64,000 nucleotides of DNA from Octopus sinensis (taxonomy: Eukaryota). The notes below the pieces were generated by a model. That model had not been told where the DNA came from. It ran no database searches and saw only the letters and a program-made list of their open reading frames with translations. The stretch covers positions 34,906,001 through 34,970,000 of the forward strand of contig NC_043007.1 in assembly GCF_006345805.1 (NCBI RefSeq). Direction: 5' to 3'. The translations under genes were made by a program, and so were the position numbers. This document shows positions 12,280 through 23,741 of the stretch, one piece after another. Numbering within the stretch: the stretch's first letter is position 1; each line of letters starts with the position of its first letter.

Positions 12280-12570
12280 TTCTATATTTTTGAAATGGAG
12301 AATTATGTACATCATTTACAATGGACGGGTAGATGTCCTCACCTTGTTTGTTGTTACCACAACATTTCAGTTGATGTACTCTCCAGCCTTCATGAGGTGT
12401 TCTGGTGGAATTTCGAACCCAACCCTTTATTTGACTAATGGGGTACTCTGTTCTCATTCCTAAAGTATTCTTTTTTTGCTGATGTTATTGTTTGTTGATA
12501 TTATTTTCCCAAATCCCTGCCTGGGATTGAACCCAGAACCTGGGGGTTAGCAGCTCGCATTCTTATCCAT
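12280..12570 (-). mobile_element. tRNA-headed SINE with hammerhead-containing 3' half
   Basis: Minus strand: ggataagaatgcgagctgctaacccccaggttctgggttcaatcccagg (tRNA-like, B box), A-rich linker, ggttcgaaattcc, hammerhead, tail aacaacaaacaaggtgaggac...aaatatagaat shared with 56222-56428. Confidence 0.8.
12358..12400 (-). ncRNA. Degenerate hammerhead motif in SINE
   Basis: ACAC / CTCATGA / A GGCTG...CAACT / GAAA / TGT T / GTG. G5 reads C and stems II and III carry mismatches; homologous to 56305-56348. Confidence 0.55.
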
Positions 12571-12653
12571 AAGAGTGCAGGCTACTAACCCCTCAGATTC
12601 ATGTATATACATAAATACATACATACATACACACACACAACACACACACACAC

Positions 12654-12734
<81 letters not shown>

Positions 12735-12741
12735 ACATATA

Positions 12742-13315
12742 AGAGGGGATGACCACTACGTGGACATCCATTATGCTAGAAGTAGATCTGCTATGGTCTT
12801 ACCACTAAGAAAGGAATGTTCTCAAGAAAATTTAGCAAATGCCAGAACGTAAGGGAGCAAGACAAGTGAAAAGAAACAAAATATAAATTAATCAGAAACT
12901 AGTTTCGCTATTAACACTTAAGCAAATTACTTACGTAATTGTCGTAGCTCTTCAGTATGATTGTCATTGCAAATATAGATTGCAGAACTATATACAAAAC
13001 GTCCACATGAGATTGAAGAAGTATACAATTCTACCACTTACACTTGGGGTTATCTTTTAAAAGTCTTTGTTTTGACACACTAAAATACCAGAGATAATTC
13101 TGCGGTGAGTTTTGCCACTTAGGGAACATAATTATTTAAATCTAAATTAAAAATATTAAGGGTGAAAAATTGAATATTAATTTGATTAATATCAATTTAA
13201 AACCAGTGGTCTAGCATACTCAAAAATCTGAAGATACAGAAAAATTATATTACATACATATAAGGGGGATGACCACTAAGTGGACATCCATTATGCTAGA
13301 AGTAGATCTGCTATG
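12742..13315 (-). mobile_element. Family F hammerhead-bearing element with a 55-bp partial tandem copy of its 3' end (13262-13315)
   Basis: Shares gaggggatgaccact..gtggacatccattatgctagaagtagatctgctatg with 13262 and 14292; (TA)n flanks. Confidence 0.75.
12893..12959 (-). ncRNA. Type I hammerhead ribozyme motif (family F, copy 1)
   Basis: CATA / CTGAAGA / GCTA...TAGC / GAAA / CTAG / TT / TCTG; palindrome ACTAGT, GUU triplet. Confidence 0.75.
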
Positions 13316-13379
13316 TGTGTATATATATATATATATATTATATATATACATACACACACACACAGATATATATCAACAT

Positions 13380-13575
13380 ATACGCTCTAGAGCATATGTT
13401 GGTTAACTTTGAAAGTACACTTTTCTGCCAATGGGTAATATCAGGAAATATGCCATATATACAATCACTATATTTAACTTTTATCAAATGTCTTAGTATT
13501 GCGGTGTCCAAGCATGGCCACAGCTCGTGAGCTGAAACTAGATAAAACAAAATAAATAAATAAATAAATAAAAAT
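13380..13575 (+). mobile_element. LINE 3' tail (family H) ending in (TAAA)n
   Basis: gcggtgtccaagcatggccacagctcgtgagctgaaactag matches the LINE tail at 62686-62730(-). Confidence 0.65.
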
Positions 13576-14254
13576 ATTCATACAAAAGGATGGAATTAAT
13601 ATTAATTTTCAAAATACAATTTTAAAAAATACTACCTTAAAACAAAATTGGATGAAACAAATTTCTCATTTGCATACTTGTATAAAATATATGCTACTAT
13701 TTTTCTAAATTTATCCATACAATCACAATTTACTCTATTTGAAACCTAATTCTGTGGAATTTCATTAGAAAAAAAATTTATTTTTTAGAGACTTATCATT
13801 ATGTTATCTCTTCTGTGACAGACAAATTGGCACATCGGTTGAAGTAACCAATTAGTTGCACCAATGTGCATGAATGCAGGAAGCACTCAGTTGCTGCACT
13901 TATGATTTTTATCTTTTATTCAGGAAAGAATGGCAATATCCATGACTTATTGTTCTACAGAGCTTTGGGGAATAAAAGGAGGGAAGAAAGGAGAGACGGG
14001 AGGAAAGTATCCTCAAGCAGATACAGGGTGGTTGGAAATCATGAAGGAGTCTGAAATTTTAATTTTTTTAATTGCTTTCTATCTGATAAAGAATTTATTT
14101 TTACTATTCTCTGTTAACATTTTATCAGTGTAGTTTTGAGTTTAGTCGTACTGCATGGCACCCTGGGCAAGTATCTTCTATAACAGCCTGGAGCCAACCA
14201 TGCCTTATGAAAGGATTTAAGAATTTGGTATTCAGAAGTTGTCTGGAAGCTTGT

Positions 14255-14288
<34 letters not shown>

Positions 14289-14291
14289 TAT

Positions 14292-14690
14292 GAGAGGGAT
14301 AACCACTATGTGGACACCCTTATGCTAGAAGTAGATCTGCTATGGTCTTACCACTAAGAAATGCTCTCAAGAAAAATTTACCAAACAACCAGAATGTTAT
14401 CAAGCAAGACAAAAGAAAAGCAATAAAAATATGGATTATTCACATACATGTTTCACTATTACCATATTACGTAATTTTACCTACGTAAATGTCTGTAGAT
14501 CTTCAGTGTGACCGTCCAAATGAATATAATTTGCAGAACTATATACTAGGACGTCCACACAAAGTCAGATCTGTATATAGTTCTGCCTATTACACTCGTG
14601 GTTACTATTCAAATGTTTTCGTATTGGCGTGCTAAATTACCGGAAAAAAATGACACTGCAGGAAATAATTTACTGAAGTGGCAGTAAATT
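14292..14690 (-). mobile_element. Family F hammerhead-bearing element, copy 2
   Basis: Colinear, diverged homologue of 12742-13240; lies between (TA)n tracts. Confidence 0.75.
14441..14510 (-). ncRNA. Type I hammerhead ribozyme motif (family F, copy 2)
   Basis: CACA / CTGAAGA / TCTA...TAGT / GAAA / CATG / TA / TGTG. Perfect stem I, palindrome ACATGT, GUA triplet; first stem II pair decayed to U-U. Confidence 0.78.
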
Positions 14691-14727
<37 letters not shown>

Positions 14728-14799
14728 AAACTAACCTTTGTTTTTTATAAGCACTGGAATGTGTATATAGATACAAATAAGATGATAATTATTTTTGAA

Positions 14800-15175
14800 T
14801 GCAGAGATGCATTAAAAGAGCAGTTTGTTGACAAATGTTTTTCCTTTGTAAGAGTAATTTACCTAATGTTTCTGTTGTTCTAATGGTGTCTCTGCATTTG
14901 AAAATAAATAATCATCTTCTTTGTGTCTATCTATGTGGAGCTTTTAAGTCCATAAACTTGCTTCATAAGATGGTAGAGCTTCCTGCTGTCATTTGCATCA
15001 GCAGCAGCCTGAACATCACGAGCAAGATCATCCCAGCAAGTATTCTGCATCTTCCTGACAGATCGCTGCAGTAGTGATTTTTCACTGTTATAGTGGGCAA
15101 GTGCTAGATTTCGATGCACAGCAGAAAGTTCTCTGTGTAGCAATAAATTGTGGGCATGACGCTTTATAGCCAATA
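14800..15175 (-). mobile_element. RTE LINE fragment (APE-RT linker), inverted relative to the downstream fragment
   Basis: LQRSVRKMQNTCWDDLARDVQAAADANDSRKLYHLMKQVYG is typical of the RTE linker. Confidence 0.75.
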
Positions 15176-15179
15176 GTCA

Positions 15180-16090
15180 CTGAACTTCAGCATTTAGCAT
15201 TTTCCTGGACAAGACTGTTGTAATGTTCCAGCCTGCATCAGGAAATCCATACCTGGAACCAGCTATCTTGGTTGAAGGTACAATTCTGAATGTAGTAGAT
15301 AAGTTTATCTTCCTGGGCAGCACACTCAGCCGTTCTTACTCCCTGGATGATGGAATATCTTCAGGCTGCAAAGAGTAACTGATTCCTTCTGGTCTCCTCA
15401 GTCTCATGTCTGGTCCCAGCATGGCATCACGAGGCAAACACAAAAAAAATTGCTGTGTACTGTGCATATGTACTGACATCACTCCTTTACTCATGTGAGA
15501 CATGGGCCTTTTACAAACGTCATGTAAGGGTCCTTGAACGCTTTCATCAAAGATGTCTCAGACACATTCTGAATGTTGGCTGGACCGTAAAAATTCTAGA
15601 CACACAAGTCCTGAAGACAGCTGATCTCTTGAGTATTGAGGTGATGGTCCACAAGCACCAGTTATATTGGACACCTTATTAGAATAAAGGATAGCAGGAT
15701 CCCTAAGCAGATGCTATATGAGGAACTTGTGAATGGAAAGTGACCCTGGCAGAAACCAAGGCTGCGATTTAAGGACTGTGTCAAGTTCTCATTAAAGGCC
15801 TGTAATATGCAGGAGACTGACTGGGAGAGCAATGCATGTCATCACCACAGATGGAGGAAGCAGGTTAAGGAGGGGGTCGACACTTTTAAGAGAGCACATA
15901 TTCAGCATGAAGAACTGAATTGTGCTGCTAGAAAGTGCACTGGTGGTGTAGTGAATAGAGAAAGCTTGGTCTGCAATGTTTGCAGTTGTGTATGCTTGTC
16001 ATAGCTGAGTTTCTTAGCCCCTAACAGACCGACAAATGCAAAATATAAGTTAGTCCTAGAATGCACAATGTTCCTGAAAGTCAGCAATGG
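15180..16090 (+). mobile_element. RTE LINE C-terminal part
   Basis: KTVVMFQP, VDKFIFLGSTLS, LTSLLYSCETW, LERFHQRCLRHIL, RIPKQMLYEEL, KPRLRFKD, terminal CNVC. Confidence 0.9.
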
Positions 16091-16214
16091 TCTTCCTCAG
16101 TCACAAGTGGATGGCCACCATATATATACATATATATATATATATATATTTGTATATATCTCTGTGTGTGCGTGTATGTCTGTGTCTTTGTGCTTGTGTT
16201 TGTCCCTTCATCAC

Positions 16215-16555
16215 TACTTCACAACTGGTGTTGGTACATTTACATCCCTGTAACTTAGTGGTTCAGCAAGAGAGACCAATCGTGTAAGTATTAGGCTTTA
16301 AAAAATAAGTCCTGGGGTCGATTTGTTCAACTAAAACCCATCAAGGTGGTACCCCAGCATGGCCGCAGACTGACATGAGTAAAAGATAAGAAATAAGTAA
16401 TTCACACACTCACACACATGAAGGGCTTCTTTCAATTTCTATCTACCAAATCCATTCACAAAGATTTGTTCAGCTCAGAGCTATAGGAGAGGACACTTGT
16501 CCGAAGTATGAATGGATGGAACTGAACCTGAAACCATATGGTTAGGAAATTCCAT
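16215..16555. mobile_element. Family A SINE fragments: 3' domain (+, 16215-16395) and 5' domain (-, 16400-16555)
   Basis: Diverged matches to the 16918-17310 copy. Confidence 0.7.
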
Positions 16556-16651
16556 TGATTCACCATTACAGATTGGTACTTTTTTTATCGACCCTGAAAG
16601 CACAAAAAGCAAAGCCAACTTCAACAGGATTTGAACTGGAATATATATATC

Positions 16652-16877
16652 AACCCATTTGCATTCAGATTACTCTGCCAAATGTAATGCTTATTTATTT
16701 ACATTTTTAAAAACTAATTATGTATTATTATGTAGCTCTGAAATTTCAAAGATGTGATTGCTTGCTTTTAGAATGACATTGCAGGGTAGGTATGAGAAGC
16801 TGAATCTGACCAGTTTGTACATAAAACAGGTGGAGTATCTGGGCTGGATATTACTGCTTTTAATGCTAAAGGATTAA
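16652..16877 (+). mobile_element. piggyBac-type MITE (diverged)
   Basis: Ends aacccatttgca...tgctaaaggattaa; reverse-orientation homologue at 40397-40924 has ccctttagca/tgctaaaggg TIRs and TTAA-like flanks. Confidence 0.65.
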
Positions 16878-16917
16878 AGCAGAAAACTAAGGGTATGTCT
16901 ATGTGAATATATATATT

Positions 16918-17310
16918 AGGCATAGGAGTGGCTGTGTGGTAAGTAACTTGCTTACAAACCACATGGTTCTGGGTTCAGTCCCTCTGCGTGGCACCTTGGG
17001 CAAGTGTCTTCGACTATAGCCTTGGGCTGACCAAAGCCTTGTAAGTGGATGTGGTAGACAGAAACTGAAAGAAGCCTGTCGTATATATGTATATGTGTGT
17101 GTGTCTGTGTTTGTCCCCCCAACATCGCTTGACAACCGATGGTGGTGTGTTTACGTCCCTGTAACTTGGCAGTTCGGCAAAAAGAGACCGATAGAATAAG
17201 TACTGGGCTTACAAAGAATAAGTCCCGGGGTCGATTTGCTCGAATAAAAGGCGGTGCTCCAGCATGGCCGCAGTCAAATGACTGAAACAAGTAAAAGAGT
17301 AAAGAGTATG
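16918..17310 (+). mobile_element. Family A SINE, full length (tRNA head, central domain, microsatellite, 3' domain)
   Basis: ggagtggctgtgtggtaag...gggttcagtcc...gggcaagtgtctt...; 3' end ggcggtgctccagcatggccgcagtcaaatgactgaaacaagtaaaagag. Confidence 0.9.
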
Positions 17311-17675
17311 TGCCTCTGTGTGTGTGTGTGTGTGTGTGTGTGTCTGCGTGTGTGTATACAAGCGTCTGTAATTTTGTTTTTTTGATCTCACTCAACCATT
17401 TCCATTCTTCTCGTTTCAGATTTCATGGACTGGTTGCAACAATAACCAACAAACATGACAAAATACTGACGAGCTGCTTCCAATGATGCAAAGTTGAAAG
17501 GTCAACTGATGTGACCTTCCGCTGTGCTGACCTTGTGAAATTCTACATTTTATCTGGAAAACAAAACACACACAAAAAAAAAAAAATAATGAAAGCACCA
17601 GAAAATAAAAGCGCCATTTAATTTCTCTCACTTCTTCCACCTGGATGGGGAGGTTTATTATTATTATTATTATTA

Positions 17676-17724
<49 letters not shown>

Positions 17725-17933
17725 TATTATTATTACTATTATCATAATTATTAATATTATTATAAAAAAATCACTAATATTATGAAATAATAATTATTAT
17801 TATCATTATTATTACCACTATTATTATGAGAAAATTGCAGGGATTTTTTAAAATCTGTTTTGACAGAACAGCATTTGTGTATACTTAAAATACATGTATG
17901 TACATGTATATATATGTATATATATATATATAA

Positions 17934-17965
<32 letters not shown>

Positions 17966-18783
17966 TTGTGTGTATGTATGTATATATATATATATATATA
18001 AATACACACACAAATATACGTATGTATATATATATATGCATATGTGTGTGTGTGTGTATATATGTGTTTGTGTGTGTGTATGTGTGCATATATATGTGTG
18101 TGTGAGGGAGAGAGAGAGTGAGTCTGAATGTGTGTAAATATATGCATAAATATATAGTTACATATGTAGATATATGCATGTGTGTGTGCATTCATACATG
18201 CATGCACATATTTATATATATATATATATACACACACACATATATATGTACTGGGATAAGTCATTCATTAACTGTGATGCACTTAGAATCTGTTCCTATT
18301 GGTAGGAAAGTTAGATGTACAAGAACTATTATTATCATCGACATCATCATCACTATTATTATTATTATTTTTATTATTATTATTATAAAATTGCAGGGAT
18401 TTTTAAATACTTCCAGAGAACAAGTTTACTTATATAAATACATACATAAGAGAATTGTAGTTCACTTGAAGCATTGTAATACCGAGGAAGGTAAAAAGAA
18501 AGAGAAAAGAAAATGTCTGACAATGCAGAAAGTTTAATAAAATCTTTATATCTCAGGCATAAAAGCCCATCTGTGAAATCTCCAGGGCCTACATAACTGG
18601 ACATTTCTCAGACTGTTTTTCTTCTGAAGACGGGCCTTTGCACCTGAAGTATGGAGGTTTTAAAATTCGTAAAGCTGTGATCATGCTTGAACTTTCTGCA
18701 TTGTCAGAAGCTTTCTAATTTTTTTCTACATATATATAATATGTATATACAAAAATAAATAAGCACACACACACACAAACCCA

Positions 18784-18817
<34 letters not shown>

Positions 18818-18868
18818 CGCTAGCCCCTACACATTCTTTATTTTCTCTCCTTGTTTCTTTCTGTGCTC

Positions 18869-18905
18869 CTTTCTGTGGAAGAGCATAGGCTCGAAACATT
18901 AAAAG
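18869..18905 (+). ncRNA. Hammerhead motif, U6 variant (family X)
   Basis: CTTT / CTGTGGA / A GAGC-ATAG-GCTC / GAAA / CAT T / AAAAG. Confidence 0.6.
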
Positions 18906-19130
18906 ACTTTTTCACTTCCCAAGCATTAAAGTAATACATCTGTTTGTTGTCTACAACACCTGTCTTCGTCTTTTGTTTTTTTTGTGAATTCTCCCCTATA
19001 TATATATGTATGTATGTATATATATATATATATAACGGAAGGTTTACGAAAATAAACAAAAGACGAAGGCAGGTGGAGTACAAACAAATAACGTATTAGT
19101 ATGGTGCTCAGGAATAGAAATAAACCAAGT

Positions 19131-19166
19131 CTTTTACGTTTTGAGCTTACGCTCTTCAACAGAAAG
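19131..19166 (-). ncRNA. Hammerhead motif, U6 variant (family X)
   Basis: CTTT / CTGTTGA / A GAGC-GTAA-GCTC / AAAA / CGT A / AAAG; G12 reads A at a CpG site. Confidence 0.6.
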
Positions 19167-19230
19167 ATACACAGAAAAGAAACAAGGAGAGAAAAAAATT
19201 GTGTGTAGGGGCTAACGATCCAACATGGCG

Positions 19231-19279
<49 letters not shown>

Positions 19280-20199
19280 ATGTATATCATGGGACAGGGA
19301 CAGGTTTAAACAGGAAATGGTAGTTATGTTTTCGTAGTTATTATGTTAACCATTGCTGCTCTGGTTTCTTTTTTTTTTTTTCTCAAAGAAGAGGAACTTT
19401 CTGTGACCCATTTTCTGTAGGGTTAAGGCATATTAGGGACTAAAATCAGTTGAAAGATTTTACTACAATATGAGAATAGTGTTTTGTCATAATGGATTGG
19501 AGATTGCAAAAATGGTCACTCAAGTCTCGCACATCAGAAGAAGGAGCTGGATGCATGGCTGTGTCTTGTACTGATGACAACACTGAATGAGGCCGTGACC
19601 TGATTCTGTTGAATGGATACCTGACTATTGATTGGTGGTGTATTTTGTTATATGCAAATTAACCTTGGTTCTACCATGAAATTGTTCACAACATTGAACT
19701 TGACATTGATATTGTTTGTGCATGATGGATCCTCGGAACAACAAATGAAATTGCACAAACAAAAGTCATTTGAAATCTACCAAGGGCTTTTGGATTTCTT
19801 TTTTTGGGGGGGAAAAAAATCGTCACTTAGGATATTTAACTTGGATACCTTATTACCAGCCGAAGTATGAAAATCGATGCAGATAGTATTTTTGGATTAG
19901 CGAAGACCAATACTGAAGCATTAATCAGGAGAGAAAGCTCAGCTGTAAACCATGCTCATGATAGCAAGATGTTACATGACAAGCTCTGTCTTGCATTTCG
20001 AAGTAAAACATGCAAAAGTTCTCTTGAAAGACATTGTGTTGTTTACAACATAATGCCTGTTCTTATATGACTGTTGTTCATAGAGTTGAACTCTTCCTGA
20101 AACTGAAATTTGATACTGGAGCATCGGCAACATACTTCTGACTTTGCTCTCTCTCTCACTGTGACCTAATTAGTTACAAAATCGAAAGATACTTTAGCC

Positions 20200-20537
20200 C
20201 AGAGGTTCTCAAACTTTTTGGCCCCCCATTCCCCATATGGCCATATAATACCCTCAACGCCCCCCTATTTTTATGTATAAATAAATATATATTTTACTAA
20301 TTTATATATACTTTGAATCATTTGATACTTAATATAATATTATATAATTTGTATACAATACTATTATAATAAACTTATAGTGTCCCCCAATCCACTGCCT
20401 TCCTCCCAACACCTCCTTTTTCTCTATCGTGCCCCCCCCCACACACACACACACTGCTCCTTTGGGCATCAGTGCCAACCTGGACCATCTCAATGCCCTC
20501 TGGAAGGGGGCAGTAGCACCCACTTTGAGAACTTGTG
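20200..20537 (+). mobile_element. hAT-type MITE
   Basis: TIRs cagaggttctcaaa / tttgagaacttgtg; perfect 8-bp TSD ctttagcc at 20192-20199 and 20538-20545. Confidence 0.9.
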
Positions 20538-20901
20538 CTTTAGCCCCTTTCATACCAGCCTACCTGGGACCACCCCTAGTTCTATGATACAACTTCCTTG
20601 TTTTACAGTGATCTAAATTCAAACTCCCCACAAAAATTTCATGTTAATTTATATTCCAGACGCCAGCTTAATAAAGACAAACGAATTTTATTAAATAATT
20701 AATTAATTAATTAAAATAAAAACAGTGTATTTCAACAGAAATATGGTAACAAAAAGAGTTAAGAGATCATAGATTAGCCAAGGGCCTCCTTTGAACATTT
20801 AAAGAAGTTTGTACAAAGATAGATAAATTGTGACAAAATGCAAGTGGACTGTGTTGAAGAAAGATGTACTCATACTTTTAATAATTGGATTTTTTTAAAC
20901 A

Positions 20902-21292
20902 ACTAGCAGTATAGCCCATCGTTGCGTGGGTTTGTTTTCTTTTCGACCCTTTAGAATTGGAATTTTTGAAAAGTAAACATTTTGCATTATGGAGCTTGTT
21001 ATTCTCTTTAAGGAACATTTTTCTGGTTGAAATACACCAAAAAATCGCGACACAGCAGTCAAAAAATCGTAAAAAATAGGGATTTTTATAGAAAAGAAGA
21101 ACTTTTTTGATGTAAATAATTTTTGGTCTTAACATGGTCCAATTTGAATTTTTTTCTTCTACAGAATGAAGAGCAAGCCTTCTATCATACTCTCAATTTT
21201 GGTCAACTTGCACCGCAGGGTCTCGGAGGAGATAGTGTTAGTTGAAGGCTACCAAACCTGCCACACACGGACAACTTCAGCTTTATATATAA
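20902..21292 (+). mobile_element. Non-autonomous Helitron-like (Lep1/HINE-type) element
   Basis: 5' actagcagtat.gccc..cgttgc..ggg hairpin, 3' cagctttatatata; close homologue at 51290-51642. Confidence 0.65.
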
Positions 21293-21599
21293 AAATTAAG
21301 GAAACAATTAACAGATCACTGAATGCTTCTTTTCTTTGGAGAGAGCAAAAACTGGAGCAGTAATAGTTAATGTAATAACAGAGCAAACTTAATTGAAATT
21401 TCAAGTTCAGAGTTGTACTTTAGTGGCTAAAGAGGAAACCGCAACTAGTGGTGCATGCCCAGCTAACTTTCATGCCAATAGGGAAAGCAATTTCAAGTGC
21501 ATTATGTAATAATTAAGGGCTCACTCTCATTGTGTGTGTGTATGCGTGCACACACACATCCTTCTGCATAGTGTGTATGTATTTTATATGGTACATTAT

Positions 21600-21855
21600 T
21601 GTGCGAATGAGAAAGCATGTATGTATGTGTGTATATATTTATGTATGAGTATGTATACTTATACATGAGTATATGTATATATATATATATATCCTACACA
21701 CATACATGCACACTCACATGTGTATATATCTATATACACATGCACACACACATATATATGTAGCATATATATATACACACACACATTTACATATATACGT
21801 ATATGTTTGATATATATTTGTATATTTGATACATATATGTATATATTTATGTATG

Positions 21856-21890
<35 letters not shown>

Positions 21891-22071
21891 ACACACATAC
21901 ATGCACACTCACATATGTATATATCTATATACACATGCACACACACACACACGTTTACATATATATGTTGATATATATATTTGTATATTTGATACATATA
22001 TGTATATATATATATAATATATGTATCAAATATATATATATATATATGTATATATATAAATATATTATGTG

Positions 22072-22102
<31 letters not shown>

Positions 22103-22135
22103 ATATATATATATATATATGTGTGTGTATATATA

Positions 22136-22170
<35 letters not shown>
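21600..22170. repeat. Compound (TA/CA)n microsatellite (representative of many)
   Basis: Similar tracts at 1021-1118, 8590-8812, 17890-18245, 27990-28310, 31730-32235, 32420-32670, 36340-36620, 63320-63456 and 63910-64000; (TTA)n at 3411, 10540, 11570, 17655, 22750, 23110 and 25690. Confidence 0.95.
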
Positions 22171-22173
<3 letters not shown>

Positions 22174-22364
22174 TACTCTACACATGTATGCGCTTCTGTA
22201 GATTTTATTTAACACTTTCTTGCTTATTTTGATATGGCCATTGTTGCAATCAGAATTCAAAGTTTCGGAAACAATACCAAAAACTTAGCTCCATATTATT
22301 TATTTGTTCCTCTGTGAGCTTTTTAATAATTTTTTTTTCACTATCCTTTCCTTCTCTATCTTTC

Positions 22365-22424
<60 letters not shown>

Positions 22425-22758
22425 CTCTCTGTTTATCTATATCTCCTTCTCTCTCTCTGTCTCTTTCTTTCTTCCTTCCTTTTTCTCTGTGAACTATGAC
22501 CTATTTATGTTCCGCTAACAAAAAGCCAAAATGAACAATTTCAAAAAAACTTAAAAGAACTAAAAGTGAAATATAGCAGGTAAAAAAAAAAAGAAAATAA
22601 ACACAAACAAAAAAAACGAACCCTTCAAAGAAATCAAGATTTAAAAAAATAAGAAAAAAATAGAAAAAAATGTAAAATAACCAATATGAAGACTATTTGG
22701 AAATGGTCTTCAGCTATTTTATTGTCTTTTTTATTATTATCCTAATTATTAACTATTA

Positions 22759-22804
<46 letters not shown>

Positions 22805-23107
22805 TATTATTATTATTATTATTGTTATTACAGGCAGGTTCGCTAATCAATCACCACAACCAAAAGACATTGTAATTATTATCATCGTTTACCGTTATTA
22901 TTTTCATGCTTTTTTCCAACACTTTCATGCAAGTTTCTTACTGCACTACAAAGTGCACTTGCAATGTGTTTGTGTTCTGTGAGTGTGTGTGTATGTGCAT
23001 GTGCGTGCACATGTGTGCATGTGCGTGCACATGTGTGCATGTGTAAGTGTGTACAGCATTGTCTTTCAGGAATGTAGAACCGTGTGTTGTTTGTATGCTA
23101 ACATCAG

Positions 23108-23167
<60 letters not shown>

Positions 23168-23202
23168 TATTAGTATTATCGTTGTTTTTATTATTATTAT
23201 TA

Positions 23203-23240
<38 letters not shown>

Positions 23241-23562
23241 GATAGTGTTATCATAACTGCATTTTGCTGCATGGTTGACAGTGCATCATGGAAGATGCAC
23301 CCTGGTTTTAGGAGTGTAAAAAAAATTGTTTATAGTTACCAATACTCCATCCACAAGAATTGGCAATGTCCAGTGAGCACATGCTAAATGCCCGTTATTA
23401 GGCAAAGCACATGGCCAAAACTACAGCAGTGCTCATTTTCACCGTCATTGGGTGAAATCACAAGCATTTCTGTGGTATTGAGTAGAATATTTGCTGTAGC
23501 CCATCTTTTGTACCAAGACTACTGGAGTGCTAATTTTTACTGACATTGGGTGAAATCACCAG

Positions 23563-23741
23563 ACAGTGGCCACCAGCCTGGTGGTTTTCTGCCGGGTATT
23601 AGGGTAGTATATAACACTATGCTCTCCACTTTAACTGCCCTGTGATTATTACAGTGACCACCAGCCTGGTGGTTTTCTGCTGGGTATTAGGGTAGTATGT
23701 AACACTATGCTCTCCACTTTAACTGCCCTGTGATTATTACA
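23563..23741. repeat. 88-bp tandem duplication (2 copies)
   Basis: acagtg.ccaccagcctggtggttttctg...ctgccctgtgattatt occurs twice, at 23563 and 23651. Confidence 0.95.

Larger units (their letters stand above)
18815..19230. mobile_element. Tail-to-tail pair of family X hammerhead elements around (TA)n
   Basis: 18815-18995(+) and 19033-19230(-) are diverged reverse complements; a third copy lies at 52445-52715. Confidence 0.85.

Noticed and set aside
13920-17500. Acceptor-like sites at about 13922 and 17419 followed by short open frames
   Set aside because: No convincing donor or recognisable product; such sites are common by chance in AT-rich DNA.
18620-18655. CTGAAGA-CGGG...CCT-GAAG inside a 19-bp inverted-repeat element (18516-18708)
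   Set aside because: GAAA, stem III and stem I are not satisfied.
19400-20100. Non-repetitive block with short ORFs (19628-19870, 19867-20070)
   Set aside because: No recognisable motif or splice pair; possibly an old LINE remnant, but unsupported.
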